Below, piece by piece: positions 1 to 9,435 of a DNA stretch of 64,000 nt. Location of the stretch: positions 11,341-75,340 of the forward strand of contig JAZRIJ010000043.1 of the NCBI GenBank assembly GCA_045645205.1, written 5' to 3'. This stretch comes from Eubacteriales bacterium. Lineage in GTDB: Bacteria; Bacillota; Clostridia; Oscillospirales; CAG-272. The notes beneath the pieces were generated by a model that saw nothing but the letters and a program-made list of their open reading frames with translations, was not told where the DNA came from and searched no databases. Each line of letters begins with the position of its first letter. The first letter of the stretch is position 1. A program made the position numbers and the translations under genes.

Positions 1-891
1 TTTTTCACAACCCCTTATTTCAAGGTTAAACTGTTTGGAAACCTCGGCAAATTTGGGCAAAAACTCACCTGCAACAGCCGAATGTACAAGCAATGTTTCA
101 ATTGCGTTGCAAACCGAAGGTCTTTGGTTCTTGGCATTAGACGCAACCCTTACCGCCATATCAATATCCGCCGCCTTATCAACATACAAATGGCAATTAC
201 CCGCGCCGGTTTCGATAACAGGCATTGCGGCATTTTCAACAACATTCTTTATAAGACCTTTGCCGCCGCGTGGAATAAGCACGTCTATATATTCTCTCAT
301 GCTCATAAGTACCGATGCACTCTCGCGTGATGTATTGTCAACAAGTGCCAGGGCATCAGGACATATACCCTCTTTTTCCAATGCCTCTTTCATTATGGAA
401 ACAAAAACTCTGTTTGTATTTATAGCCTCTTTGCCACCGCGAAGAACAACAGCGTTACCCGTTTTTATGCAAAGTGCTGCCGCATCTACCGTAACATTGG
501 GACGTGCTTCAAATATAATAGCCACAACCCCCAAGGGTACTCTTACCCTTTTTATTTCAATACCGTTAGGTCTTGTCCATACATCTCCGCAACCAAGAAC
601 ATCTTTCAGTCCAACCAATTCAAGCAACGCATCACTGATTCCCTTTATTCTGCTTTCATTCAAGGTAAGCCTGTCCACCATTGTGGGTATAACACCGTTT
701 TTTTCGGCAGAGGCAACATCAATAGCATTAGCCGCGAGAATAGTCTCTTTTTGTTCAATAAGCTCTTCTGCAATACGTATCAACACATTATTTCTCTGGG
801 GAAGCGTGCTGTCGGCAATAGACCTTTCAGCCCTCTTAACAGACTTACAAAGCTGTTCTATATATTTATATATCTCTTTTGTAAACTCCAT
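1..891 (-). CDS. proA: gamma-glutamyl phosphate reductase (3' end outside window)
   Basis: My minus-strand translation from ATG 889-891 (RBS GAGAGGAGA) reads MEFTKEIYKYIEQL...PLGVVAIIFEARPNVTVDAAALCIKTGNAVVLRGGKEA...ETGAGNCHLYVD, a ProA-type signature. It lies directly downstream of proB. It is absent from the ORF track because it runs off the window edge. Confidence 0.9.
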   Translation of the reverse strand, partial: MEFTKEIYKYIEQLCKSVKRAERSIADSTLPQRNNVLIRIAEELIEQKETILAANAIDVASAEKNGVIPTMVDRLTLNESRIKGISDALLELVGLKDVLGCGDVWTRPNGIEIKRVRVPLGVVAIIFEARPNVTVDAAALCIKTGNAVVLRGGKEAINTNRVFVSIMKEALEKEGICPDALALVDNTSRESASVLMSMREYIDVLIPRGGKGLIKNVVENAAMPVIETGAGNCHLYVDKAADIDMAVRVASNAKNQRPSVCNAIETLLVHSAVAGEFLPKFAEVSKQFNLEIRGCEK

Positions 892-926
892 AATATCTCC
901 TCTCTTTCCCGAGGTTTCAAATATTT

Positions 927-1721
927 TTATTTTGTAAAGGGTTCAAAATATGAGCCGTGCTGAACACCTTCGTTGAGCATATCATAAAGGATAGAAAAAT
1001 CCTCGCCACTCACTATGAGCATAGGAATACCGTTTCCGCATGCGATCTCGGCAGCGTGAAGCTTTGATGTCATACCGCCCGTACCGCGAGCCGAGCCTGC
1101 TCCGTCAGCGCATTTATAAAGAGCTTCGTCCACCTTAGGTATACGCTTAAGAATTTTTGCATTTGGGTTTGTTCTGGGATCGCTGTCATAGAACCCGTCT
1201 GTATCGCTCATGTTGATAAGCAGGTCTGCATCAGCAATAACAGATACGTATGCCGACAATGTATCATTGTCGCCAAACTTTATTTCATCAAAAGCAACGG
1301 TATCATTCTCATTTACTATCGGAATACATCCCATATTAAGTAGTGTGGCAAATGTATTTTCGGCATTTGTTCTGCCTGTTTCGTTATTTACTATATCCCG
1401 GGTAAGCAATATCTGCGCAACCGTATGACCATAATCCCCAAAAAATCTTTCGTATATCATCATAAGCACGCCCTGTCCGACAGCCGCCAAAGCCTGCTTT
1501 TCTTCAACAGAAGAAGGTCGGCATTCAAGATTAAGCTTACCAATTCCCGCGCTTACAGCGCCCGATGATACCAAAACCACCTCTCTGCCGGTGTTTTTCA
1601 AATCACTGAGTACTCGGCACATTTTTTCAATACGCTGTAGATTAAGCTTACCGTTTTCGTATGTAAGTGTAGATGAACCCACTTTTACCACTATTCTTTT
1701 CGCATTTTTTACTCTTTCCAT
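927..1721 (-). CDS. proB: glutamate 5-kinase
   Basis: RIVVKVGSSTLT...VLVSSGAVSAG...IPIVNENDTV is an amino-acid kinase fold typical of ProB. It is adjacent to proA. Confidence 0.95.
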   Translation of the reverse strand: MERVKNAKRIVVKVGSSTLTYENGKLNLQRIEKMCRVLSDLKNTGREVVLVSSGAVSAGIGKLNLECRPSSVEEKQALAAVGQGVLMMIYERFFGDYGHTVAQILLTRDIVNNETGRTNAENTFATLLNMGCIPIVNENDTVAFDEIKFGDNDTLSAYVSVIADADLLINMSDTDGFYDSDPRTNPNAKILKRIPKVDEALYKCADGAGSARGTGGMTSKLHAAEIACGNGIPMLIVSGEDFSILYDMLNEGVQHGSYFEPFTK

Positions 1722-1870
1722 AACAAGTCTTTTCTTTCTGTGTAAATTTTTTTCAAAAACCCTTTTAATCTGTTAAAAAATATATTATAATGATATTATA
1801 TTATAATCCTTATTTTTTTTCAAGTGGGTTTGCATTATTTATTATATTAAAAAGCAGGAGAATACAGAAA

Positions 1871-2119
1871 ATGAAAGAAAAAATTACTTTGGTTGTATCG
1901 GGCGTAAAAATAACTGTCGTTACGGAAAATGACCCCGAATATGTTAGAAGCCTTGGCAGACTTCTCGAAAAAAGGGTAAGCGACCTTGTTATCTCGTCTA
2001 CAAGCTGTCAGAAAAACGAAGCTCTTTTGCTCTGCGCACTTGACTATCTTGATGAAAGAAACAAGCTTGCAAAAGAAAACGAAGAATTAAAAGCAGAACT
2101 TGCAAAGCTTAAAAAATAA
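1871..2119 (+). CDS. zapA: cell division protein ZapA
   Basis: 82 aa from the ATG at 1871 (RBS GCAGGAG). The small size, C-terminal coiled coil (KENEELKAELAKLKK) and ZapA-like core support the call. The longer ORF start at 1790 has no RBS. Confidence 0.75.
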   Translation: MKEKITLVVSGVKITVVTENDPEYVRSLGRLLEKRVSDLVISSTSCQKNEALLLCALDYLDERNKLAKENEELKAELAKLKK

Positions 2120-2124
2120 AGGAA

Positions 2125-2391
2125 TTGGATATTATGATAAAATTTATAAAATACACGGGATTTCCCGTTTTGTGCGGTATAGTTTTAGGGATGATGGTTG
2201 CGACCTTTACAAAAAATATAAGCTCGTTATCCTGGCTGTCATTTGGACTTTCTTTCGGTATGACAAGCCCACTTGTTCTTGATTTAAATCTTATAAAGCT
2301 TACCTTTGGTCTGTCTGTTGATTTAAACGTAGCAACCATTGTCTGCATTACCCTTTCTCTGATTACGGCAAAATACATATACAGACGCTAA
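2125..2391 (+). CDS. small membrane protein, DUF4321-like
   Basis: 88 aa with two hydrophobic segments, in the conserved position just upstream of maf-mreB in Clostridia. The true start may be ATG 2134. Confidence 0.6.
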   Translation: MDIMIKFIKYTGFPVLCGIVLGMMVATFTKNISSLSWLSFGLSFGMTSPLVLDLNLIKLTFGLSVDLNVATIVCITLSLITAKYIYRR

Positions 2392-2407
2392 AGAAGGTAT
2401 TTATAGT

Positions 2408-2992
2408 ATGAAAATAGTACTGGCTTCAAAATCTCCGAGAAGGCGTAAAATGTTGAAAGAGCTTGGGATAAAATATAATCTTTGGAACGGCGAGGCTGAC
2501 GAAAGTGTCAACAGAGTATACAAACCTCATAACCTTGTAAAGCTTTTGGCAAAAAGAAAAGCATCCGCTTGCTTTGATGATATAAAAGACAAAAATTCAC
2601 TTATAATTTCGGCTGATACCGTTGTTTCTTTAGACGGTATGATACTCGGCAAGCCGCAAGATGATGACGATGCTCGAAAAATGCTCCGCAGAATGAGCGG
2701 AAGTACCCACTTTGTATATTCCGGTGTTGCGGCAGTTTATAACGGAAAAACTGTTTGTGCATACGAAAAGACAAAAATTAAATTCCGTGAAATATCAGAC
2801 CGCGAAATTGAAAGATACATTGCTACTGGCGAACACAGAGACAAAGCCGGCTCATACGGAATTCAAGAAAAAGGCGGTTATTTCGTAGAAAGCGTTAACG
2901 GAGATATAAACAATGTTGTCGGTCTTCCCGTACTCAAACTTCGCAATATGATATTTTGTGAATTTGGTATAGATATTTTTAATTTGGATTAA
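2408..2992 (+). CDS. maf: Maf-family nucleoside triphosphate pyrophosphatase (septum formation protein)
   Basis: The N-terminus IVLASKSPRRRKML, plus DKAGSYGIQE and NVVGLP, are Maf motifs. Confidence 0.92.
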   Translation: MKIVLASKSPRRRKMLKELGIKYNLWNGEADESVNRVYKPHNLVKLLAKRKASACFDDIKDKNSLIISADTVVSLDGMILGKPQDDDDARKMLRRMSGSTHFVYSGVAAVYNGKTVCAYEKTKIKFREISDREIERYIATGEHRDKAGSYGIQEKGGYFVESVNGDINNVVGLPVLKLRNMIFCEFGIDIFNLD

Positions 2993-3016
2993 AAGAACAC
3001 AGATAGTAGAAAAGAG

Positions 3017-4027
3017 GTGCTGATTGTGGCAAAAATAATCGGAGTTGACCTTGGCACATCAAATACTTACATATACAGAAAAGGCAGAGGAATAGTTGTA
3101 AGAGAGCCCTCAGTAATAGCCATAGATGAAGAAAAAAGCAAGGTTACCGCATTAGGTGAAAGCGCTTATGAAATGCAAGGCAAAGAACCTGCGGGAATAA
3201 AAGCTGTAAGACCCATAAAAGACGGTGTTATTTCCGAATTTGACATAACCGTAGCTATGCTACACGGATTTTTTGTTAAGGCAGCAGGCAAAGGCAGTCT
3301 GAACAGACCGAATGTTGTCCTTGCCGTATCAAACAGCATAACCGAGGTTGAAAGAAGAGCGCTCGAAGAGGCGGCGGCTGAAGCAGGCGCTCGGAGTGTC
3401 GCGATTATCCCCTCCACATTTGCCGCGGCATTAGGCGCGGGACTTCCTATTGAAGAACCGAGAGGAAACATGATAGTTAACATAGGCGGCGGTACAACGG
3501 ATGTTGCTGTTATGAGTTTGGGCGGCATTATTCAAAGCGACTCAGTGAGGGTAGGCGGAGACAAAATAGACGAAGCTATAGCCTCCTATCTAAAAAGAAA
3601 GTACAACCTTATAATAAGCATAACTGACGCTGGAGAACTGAAAAAAAATCTTGGTACTCTTGCGTACGAACCCAAAGAAAAGACGACAGAGGTATACGGA
3701 CGTGATGCCGTAAGCGGACTGCCATTAAGCATAAAAATAAAAAACACCGAGCTTAAAGAACCGATTGAGGAACAATTATCACACATAACCGACTGTATCA
3801 AGACCACACTTGAAAAACTGCACCCTGAACTTTCGGCGGATATTCACGATTACGGAATGACACTTTCGGGTGGCGGTGCTTTGCTCGACGGAATAGATGA
3901 TTATTTCTCAAAGCTTCTGGGCTTTGAGGTAAAGATAGCAGAAAAACCGCTCGATTGCTGTGTTGAAGGCATACAAAAGGTTATTGAACTGTTTCCTGAC
4001 GCGATAAGCTTTAATGCAAGACAATAA
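3017..4027 (+). CDS. mreB: rod shape-determining protein MreB
   Basis: IGVDLGTSNT, NIGGGTTDVAV and LSGGGALL are actin-like ATPase motifs. The likely true start is GTG 3026, downstream of the AAGAGGTG RBS. Confidence 0.95.
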   Translation: MLIVAKIIGVDLGTSNTYIYRKGRGIVVREPSVIAIDEEKSKVTALGESAYEMQGKEPAGIKAVRPIKDGVISEFDITVAMLHGFFVKAAGKGSLNRPNVVLAVSNSITEVERRALEEAAAEAGARSVAIIPSTFAAALGAGLPIEEPRGNMIVNIGGGTTDVAVMSLGGIIQSDSVRVGGDKIDEAIASYLKRKYNLIISITDAGELKKNLGTLAYEPKEKTTEVYGRDAVSGLPLSIKIKNTELKEPIEEQLSHITDCIKTTLEKLHPELSADIHDYGMTLSGGGALLDGIDDYFSKLLGFEVKIAEKPLDCCVEGIQKVIELFPDAISFNARQ

Positions 4028-4042
4028 CAGGAGAATAATACA

Positions 4043-4882
4043 TTGAAAAATCTGTTTCAAAACAAATTTATGATAGTGCTTATAGTAATTTCTGTGTTGC
4101 TCGTAGGCACGACATCGTTCATCTCAGCTTTAGGCTATACCTCCTATGTCAGAAATGCCATAGGTATTGTTTTAACGCCCGTTCAGCAGGGAGCAAACTT
4201 TATTTTTGACAGCATTGAAAATATTTTTTCTTCAAAAGAAGACTACAAGAAGCTGAAAAAAGAAAATGAAGAATTAAAAAAGCAACTTGCCGATAACAAA
4301 GCTTGTCTTTCCGAGGCAGAGCTTGCAATTGCACAATACAAAGAGCTGAAAAATTACCTCGGCATTAAGGAAGAACATACCAACATTACTTTTGAAAACG
4401 CAGTCGTAACAGGCAGACAGTCAGGCACACACACAACGATATATACCGTAAACAAGGGTACCTATCACGGCATTAACCCCGGTATGCCTGTTATAGACAA
4501 TTACGGTGTTGTTGGCTGTGTCAGCGAGGCAGGACTTACATGGTGCAAGGTTACATCGGTTATTGAACCTGATATCTCATTAGGTATAATTGTTGAACGA
4601 ACAGGAGACAGCGGTATTTGTAACGGAAGCTTTACGGCAGCAAAGAACGGACTTTGTGTTGTGTCATACCTTCCTGCAGATACTGACATTAAAGAAGGTG
4701 ACATAATAATTACATCAGATGAAAGCTCTGTGTACCCAAAGGGACTTCTTGTAGGAACGATAAAATCAATTGAACCTGATCCCGTTTCAAGAGAAATAAA
4801 AGCATACGTTGAACCGGCGTCAAATCTTACGGAAGTAGAAAAGGTAATGATAATTACCGGATTTGAAAGCGTTTATGAATAA
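4043..4882 (+). CDS. mreC: rod shape-determining protein MreC
   Basis: N-terminal TM segment, a coiled coil (KKENEELKKQLADN) and a C-terminal beta domain with GDIIITS...YPKGLLVGTI. It follows mreB. Confidence 0.9.
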   Translation: MKNLFQNKFMIVLIVISVLLVGTTSFISALGYTSYVRNAIGIVLTPVQQGANFIFDSIENIFSSKEDYKKLKKENEELKKQLADNKACLSEAELAIAQYKELKNYLGIKEEHTNITFENAVVTGRQSGTHTTIYTVNKGTYHGINPGMPVIDNYGVVGCVSEAGLTWCKVTSVIEPDISLGIIVERTGDSGICNGSFTAAKNGLCVVSYLPADTDIKEGDIIITSDESSVYPKGLLVGTIKSIEPDPVSREIKAYVEPASNLTEVEKVMIITGFESVYE

Positions 4883-5420
4883 GAATTTCAGTTTAGATTA
4901 TTTATTGGATATACTTATTTACGGTCTGCTTGCCATACTACTTGCGGTATTGCAAACGACCCTTTTGCCGCGCTTTCAGATATATAACGCTCTGCCCGAT
5001 ATAATAATAGGCGCTGTCTGCTGTATCGGGGTATACAGAAGAGAGAACATTTCGGCGCTTTTCGGTTTATTTGCCGGACTATGTGTTGAAGCTTTGGGCA
5101 GCACGGGTCTTTCTTTACTTCCTCTGTTTTATACCTTTGCAGGCTATGTCTGCGGAAGAGTGGGAACAAACGCAAGAGAAAAAGCTCACTTTGCCGCATT
5201 TCTCATATCCCTGCCTTTGCTATGCCTTTCAAGAACAGTTCTTTCATTCTTTAATCATTTTATAAATTACTTTGGAAATTTAGATTTTAAACAACTTTTT
5301 CTCTTTACCATTTTACCCGAATATATATATACTCTCGTTATGTGTTTTCCCGTTTTTTTGTTGGTAAAGCTATTTGAGATCCCATTAAATGCCACAAGGA
5401 AGAGAGGAGGATTGTATTGA
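4875..5420 (+). CDS. mreD: rod shape-determining protein MreD
   Basis: Polytopic membrane protein. Its ATG at 4875 overlaps the mreC stop (ATGAATAA) and it sits in the canonical mreBCD position. Confidence 0.8.
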   Translation: MNKNFSLDYLLDILIYGLLAILLAVLQTTLLPRFQIYNALPDIIIGAVCCIGVYRRENISALFGLFAGLCVEALGSTGLSLLPLFYTFAGYVCGRVGTNAREKAHFAAFLISLPLLCLSRTVLSFFNHFINYFGNLDFKQLFLFTILPEYIYTLVMCFPVFLLVKLFEIPLNATRKRGGLY

Positions 5421-7513
5421 AAAAACAAGGAAGATACAATTTCAGATACATTTTACTGACCGCTCTTTTTATTCTTGTATTTGTTGCGTTTTTTGCAAAG
5501 ATAATATACATGCAGTACACAGCACCCGAAAAAACAACCGATTCCGAGCTGTCGGTCAGAACGCTGAACGTTAAGGCACTAAGGGGCGAAATATACGACC
5601 GCAACGGAATTAAGCTTGTATCAAACAACTATACATACGACGTTCACCTCGATGCAGGCAGTTTGCCAAAAAGCAATTTTGGTATAAACAACACGCTTAT
5701 TACTCTTATTAATATTTTAGACGAAGACATAGACACTCCTTTTTTCCCTATTCAAAACGAACTTGAAAATGCGGAATACAAAGCTTTTGAAACTGATAGT
5801 TCAGAATATAAGAGCTTTATGAAAATGCTGGACAGATTCAATCTTTCAAGAGACACCTCATGCCAAGACTTAATTGCTTTTCTATGCAACAGATACGGAC
5901 TAATCGGCAGAGATAATAAATATACAGTTGATGAAAAATATATTATTTCGGTAACAGCATTGCGTTATGAAGCCGAAAGACAAAATTTCAGTACTCTTAA
6001 TCCCTTTACAGTTGCCACAAATATAACTTTGAAAAAGCTAACCGCAGTGGAGGAAGCCTATCTTGACGGTGTCGAGATAGAAAAGAACGCAGATCGGATT
6101 TACAACTATCCGGGTTATGCCAGCCATATACTTGGCAGAACAGGTAAAATACAGTCAGAGGATTTAGAGTACTATACTGAAAAAGGATACTCCATGGACG
6201 CAATTGTCGGTATTGACGGAGTTGAGAAATCATTTGAGGAATACTTGAGGGGGATTGACGGCACACTTGTTATTGTAGAAGACAAAAACGGAAATATAGT
6301 TGACGAATACTACAAGACCGAGCCTGTTCCCGGCAAAGACATATATCTTACACTCGATATAAATTTACAGATAACAGCTGAAGACTCCCTTGCATATAAT
6401 ATTGAATATATAAAAACTAAGGCTGACAAGGAAATTGCCGAAGAAACAGCAAAATATACCGATAATAACGGTAATCTTCTTCCCAATGCCGATATACCGC
6501 AATATATAGGCGAAGACGTTACATCAGGAGCGGCTACTTTAGTTAACCCAAACAACGGTGAAATATACGCCCTGGCTTCCTATCCAACCTTTGATCTTTC
6601 TACATTTTTGCAGGATTATAACAGTTTACTCAAAGCAGAAAACACTCCCCTTTTCAACAGAGCTCTGCTTGGCACCTACGAGCCTGGTTCTACATTTAAA
6701 ATAAGCGTAGCGGCAGCTGCTCTTGAACACGGTATCATAAACAGAAATACAACTATTTTTGACAGCGGAGTATATAAATATTACAAAGACTTTCAGCCTG
6801 AATGTTGGATATATACATCTTACGGCTACGGGCACGGCAATATGAACGTTATATCAGCCATTCAACATTCCTGCAACTACTTCTTTTATGATATAGGAAA
6901 ACAATTAACCATTAATACTCTTAATTCATATTGCAAAACCTTAGGACTTGGTCAACATACGGGAATTGAACTTCCCGAAGCAAACGGAATTTTGGCAGGT
7001 CCCGAATACAGCGCATCTATCAATAAGCAATGGGTTCCCGGCGATACAGTACAGGCATCAATCGGACAATCGGACAATACATTTACTCCACTACAAATAT
7101 CCATGTATCTTTCAACCATCGTCAACGGTGGAACAAGATATAAGGCGCATTTGCTCCATTCTGTCCGTGAATACGGCACAAATAAGATAATATATGAGGA
7201 ATTGCCATCGGCTTTAAACACTGTTCAGTTATCAGCCGAGAATCTTGAAATTTTAAAAACAGGTATGAAAAACGTTATGGAAAACGGTACTGCCGCCCCT
7301 GTTTTTTCAGATTATCCCATTGAAATGGGTGGTAAAACCGGTACTGCGCAGGTTGGAAAAAACAAGAGTAACAATGGTATTTTTATGGCATTTGCTCCTT
7401 ATGATGTTCCCGAGATCGTTGCATCCTGCATTATTGAGCAGGCAGGAGGCAGTAATGACGTCGGATTGACTGTAAGGCGAATGTTTAACAAATATTTTAA
7501 TATTGTTGAATAA
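5417..7513 (+). CDS. mrdA: penicillin-binding protein 2 (elongation transpeptidase)
   Basis: TTG start after a GGAGGA RBS. It has an N-terminal TM segment, RGEIYDRNG, the STFK active-site motif, and KTGTAQ. Confidence 0.9.
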   Translation: MKKQGRYNFRYILLTALFILVFVAFFAKIIYMQYTAPEKTTDSELSVRTLNVKALRGEIYDRNGIKLVSNNYTYDVHLDAGSLPKSNFGINNTLITLINILDEDIDTPFFPIQNELENAEYKAFETDSSEYKSFMKMLDRFNLSRDTSCQDLIAFLCNRYGLIGRDNKYTVDEKYIISVTALRYEAERQNFSTLNPFTVATNITLKKLTAVEEAYLDGVEIEKNADRIYNYPGYASHILGRTGKIQSEDLEYYTEKGYSMDAIVGIDGVEKSFEEYLRGIDGTLVIVEDKNGNIVDEYYKTEPVPGKDIYLTLDINLQITAEDSLAYNIEYIKTKADKEIAEETAKYTDNNGNLLPNADIPQYIGEDVTSGAATLVNPNNGEIYALASYPTFDLSTFLQDYNSLLKAENTPLFNRALLGTYEPGSTFKISVAAAALEHGIINRNTTIFDSGVYKYYKDFQPECWIYTSYGYGHGNMNVISAIQHSCNYFFYDIGKQLTINTLNSYCKTLGLGQHTGIELPEANGILAGPEYSASINKQWVPGDTVQASIGQSDNTFTPLQISMYLSTIVNGGTRYKAHLLHSVREYGTNKIIYEELPSALNTVQLSAENLEILKTGMKNVMENGTAAPVFSDYPIEMGGKTGTAQVGKNKSNNGIFMAFAPYDVPEIVASCIIEQAGGSNDVGLTVRRMFNKYFNIVE

Positions 7514-7540
7514 ATATTATTTTTACGGAGTTTTAGTAAA

Positions 7541-8743
7541 ATGAAAAAAATTATACTTTTAATGATTGTATGTACAGTTGCAATTATTTCACTGTCATGT
7601 AAATCAAAAACACCCGATACAAATGGATTTGAGTGTGAATTTGACAATGAAACCATGACTGCCTCTGTTATGGGATATACCGGAAACGAAGACGTTATAA
7701 CCATTCCTAAGCTTATCGGGGACTACACTGTAACTTCAATCGGCAGGAATGCATTTAAAGAAATGTATGATGTTTCTAAAATATTAATCCCAGAAACAGT
7801 TACATCAATAGAAGCCTCGGCATTTGAGCTATGCGTAAGTCTTGAAGAAATTATCCTTCCCTCTTCTTTGCAAAAACTTGGAAATACAGCCTTTGCAAGC
7901 TGTCGCAGCTTGAAAAAAATAACAATTCCTGCAAATGTATCATCTATTGGTCTTTGCGTATTTACGGGATGTACATCTCTTGAAACCATAAAGGTTGATG
8001 AAAACAATATAAGCTATTCTTCGGACAAATACGGCGTACTGCTTGACAAAAATCAAACAACAGTTATTCAATTCCCTTTAGGCAGTCAGCACTTAAACTA
8101 TGAAATGCCCGAAACAGTTACAAAAATTTTAAGTTATGCATTTGAAAAAACGCAGTATCTTGAAGCGGTAACATTTTCTCCCAAGCTAAAAATTATTGAA
8201 AGCTACGCTTTTCAGGCATCAAGTATTAGAGAAGCAATTTTTTTCGACGGACTTGAAGAAATCGGTTCATTTTGCTTTAATGAATCAAAGTTAATTACCC
8301 TTGAACTTGGAAACACGGTAAAAAAGCTGGGCGACTCCGCTTTTAGTTGGTGCGTATCTCTCGGTAATGTTACTATCCCGGCCCCCCTTGAAAGTATCGG
8401 CACATCAGCATTCTATATGTGTACTTCTGTATCAGAATATAAAGTTGACAAAGATAACAAAGCTTTTTTGAGTGATGAAAACGGTGTGCTTTTTGATAAG
8501 AGTATGACCTATCTTATGTATTATCCTATAGCAAGCACAGCAACGGAATATACTATTCCCTATGGAGTGGAAACTATCTCCGCACGAGCATTCTCTCCTT
8601 CGCTCAATCTGAAAATAGTTACAGTGCCTGATTCTGTCGAAACAATAAGCGAACAGGCATTTGCGTATTGTACAAACCTTAATAATATTGTCTATGAAGG
8701 AAGTCAGCCGAAAAATATAGCTGAAAACGCATTCGAAAAATAA
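7541..8743 (+). CDS. BspA-type leucine-rich-repeat surface lipoprotein
   Basis: Signal peptide ending ISLSC. About 23-aa repeats of the form IP..V..IG..AF..C..L..I recur throughout the protein (LRR_5 style). Confidence 0.8.
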   Translation: MKKIILLMIVCTVAIISLSCKSKTPDTNGFECEFDNETMTASVMGYTGNEDVITIPKLIGDYTVTSIGRNAFKEMYDVSKILIPETVTSIEASAFELCVSLEEIILPSSLQKLGNTAFASCRSLKKITIPANVSSIGLCVFTGCTSLETIKVDENNISYSSDKYGVLLDKNQTTVIQFPLGSQHLNYEMPETVTKILSYAFEKTQYLEAVTFSPKLKIIESYAFQASSIREAIFFDGLEEIGSFCFNESKLITLELGNTVKKLGDSAFSWCVSLGNVTIPAPLESIGTSAFYMCTSVSEYKVDKDNKAFLSDENGVLFDKSMTYLMYYPIASTATEYTIPYGVETISARAFSPSLNLKIVTVPDSVETISEQAFAYCTNLNNIVYEGSQPKNIAENAFEK

Positions 8744-8798
8744 ACTGTATTGTTTTGACCAAACTTTTTAGAGAGCATGACAGGTATTTTTTCTTATA

Positions 8799-8832
8799 CA
8801 AAAAAGGAGGCAAATGCCTCCTTTAAATTTTT
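8799..8832. terminator. bidirectional intrinsic terminator between the convergent LRR gene and pgsA
   Basis: Stem AAAGGAGGC / GCCTCCTTT (8803..8824), flanked by an A-run and a T-run. Confidence 0.7.
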
Positions 8833-8841
8833 AATATATGC

Positions 8842-9435
8842 TTACTTTTCGGGATCAAGCAAGGGCCAGTATGCCTTGAGATAGTCAAGTCCCGACCATA
8901 TCGTCATAAACACCATAAAAGCCAATGATACATAGCTCAAAACATGATATTGATTTATAAATGTATTTGCAAAAAATGCAGGTTCAAGAATCATTACAAG
9001 TATAGCAACTATCTGAGATACGGTCTTAATCTTTCCAAGATAAGCCGCCGCAATAACTACCGACGCGCCGTTTGATGCAATCATACGCAAAGAGGTTACT
9101 GCAAGCTCACGCAAGATAACCGTAAAAGTTGCCCATGCAAAAATCATAAAGAACAGTTTATCTTCTGTCAACGTTGTCAATATGGCTATATATCCGCCAA
9201 TCGTCATAAGTTTGTCTGCAACAGGGTCAAGAAATTTACCAAAATCCGTTATAAGATTATGCTTTCTTGCTATTTTTCCATCAAGCATATCGGTCAAAGC
9301 GGTAAGTCCGAATATTGCCGCCGCCGCTATTCTTGACCAAAACTGTCCAAATACGGGAAACATAATTATGAACATAAAAAACGGAATCATTATCATTCTT
9401 AAAACCGTCAATTTGTTCGGAAGATTCATTTTCAT
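8842..9435 (-). CDS. pgsA: CDP-diacylglycerol--glycerol-3-phosphate 3-phosphatidyltransferase
   Basis: NKLTVLRM, DMLDGKIAR and DPVADKL form the CDP-alcohol phosphatidyltransferase motif. Confidence 0.92.
   Translation of the reverse strand: MKMNLPNKLTVLRMIMIPFFMFIIMFPVFGQFWSRIAAAAIFGLTALTDMLDGKIARKHNLITDFGKFLDPVADKLMTIGGYIAILTTLTEDKLFFMIFAWATFTVILRELAVTSLRMIASNGASVVIAAAYLGKIKTVSQIVAILVMILEPAFFANTFINQYHVLSYVSLAFMVFMTIWSGLDYLKAYWPLLDPEK

Noticed and set aside
35-937. 300-aa plus-strand ORF at the window start
   Set aside because: It is the antisense shadow of proA. It is low-complexity and Ser/Leu/Ile-rich with no RBS, while the minus strand encodes an unmistakable ProA sequence.
1722-1870. 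Possible proline T-box or attenuator upstream of proB
   Set aside because: The spacer is only about 150 nt and extremely AT-rich. It has no T-box sequence, specifier hairpin or terminator/antiterminator pair, and it looks like a pair of divergent promoters.
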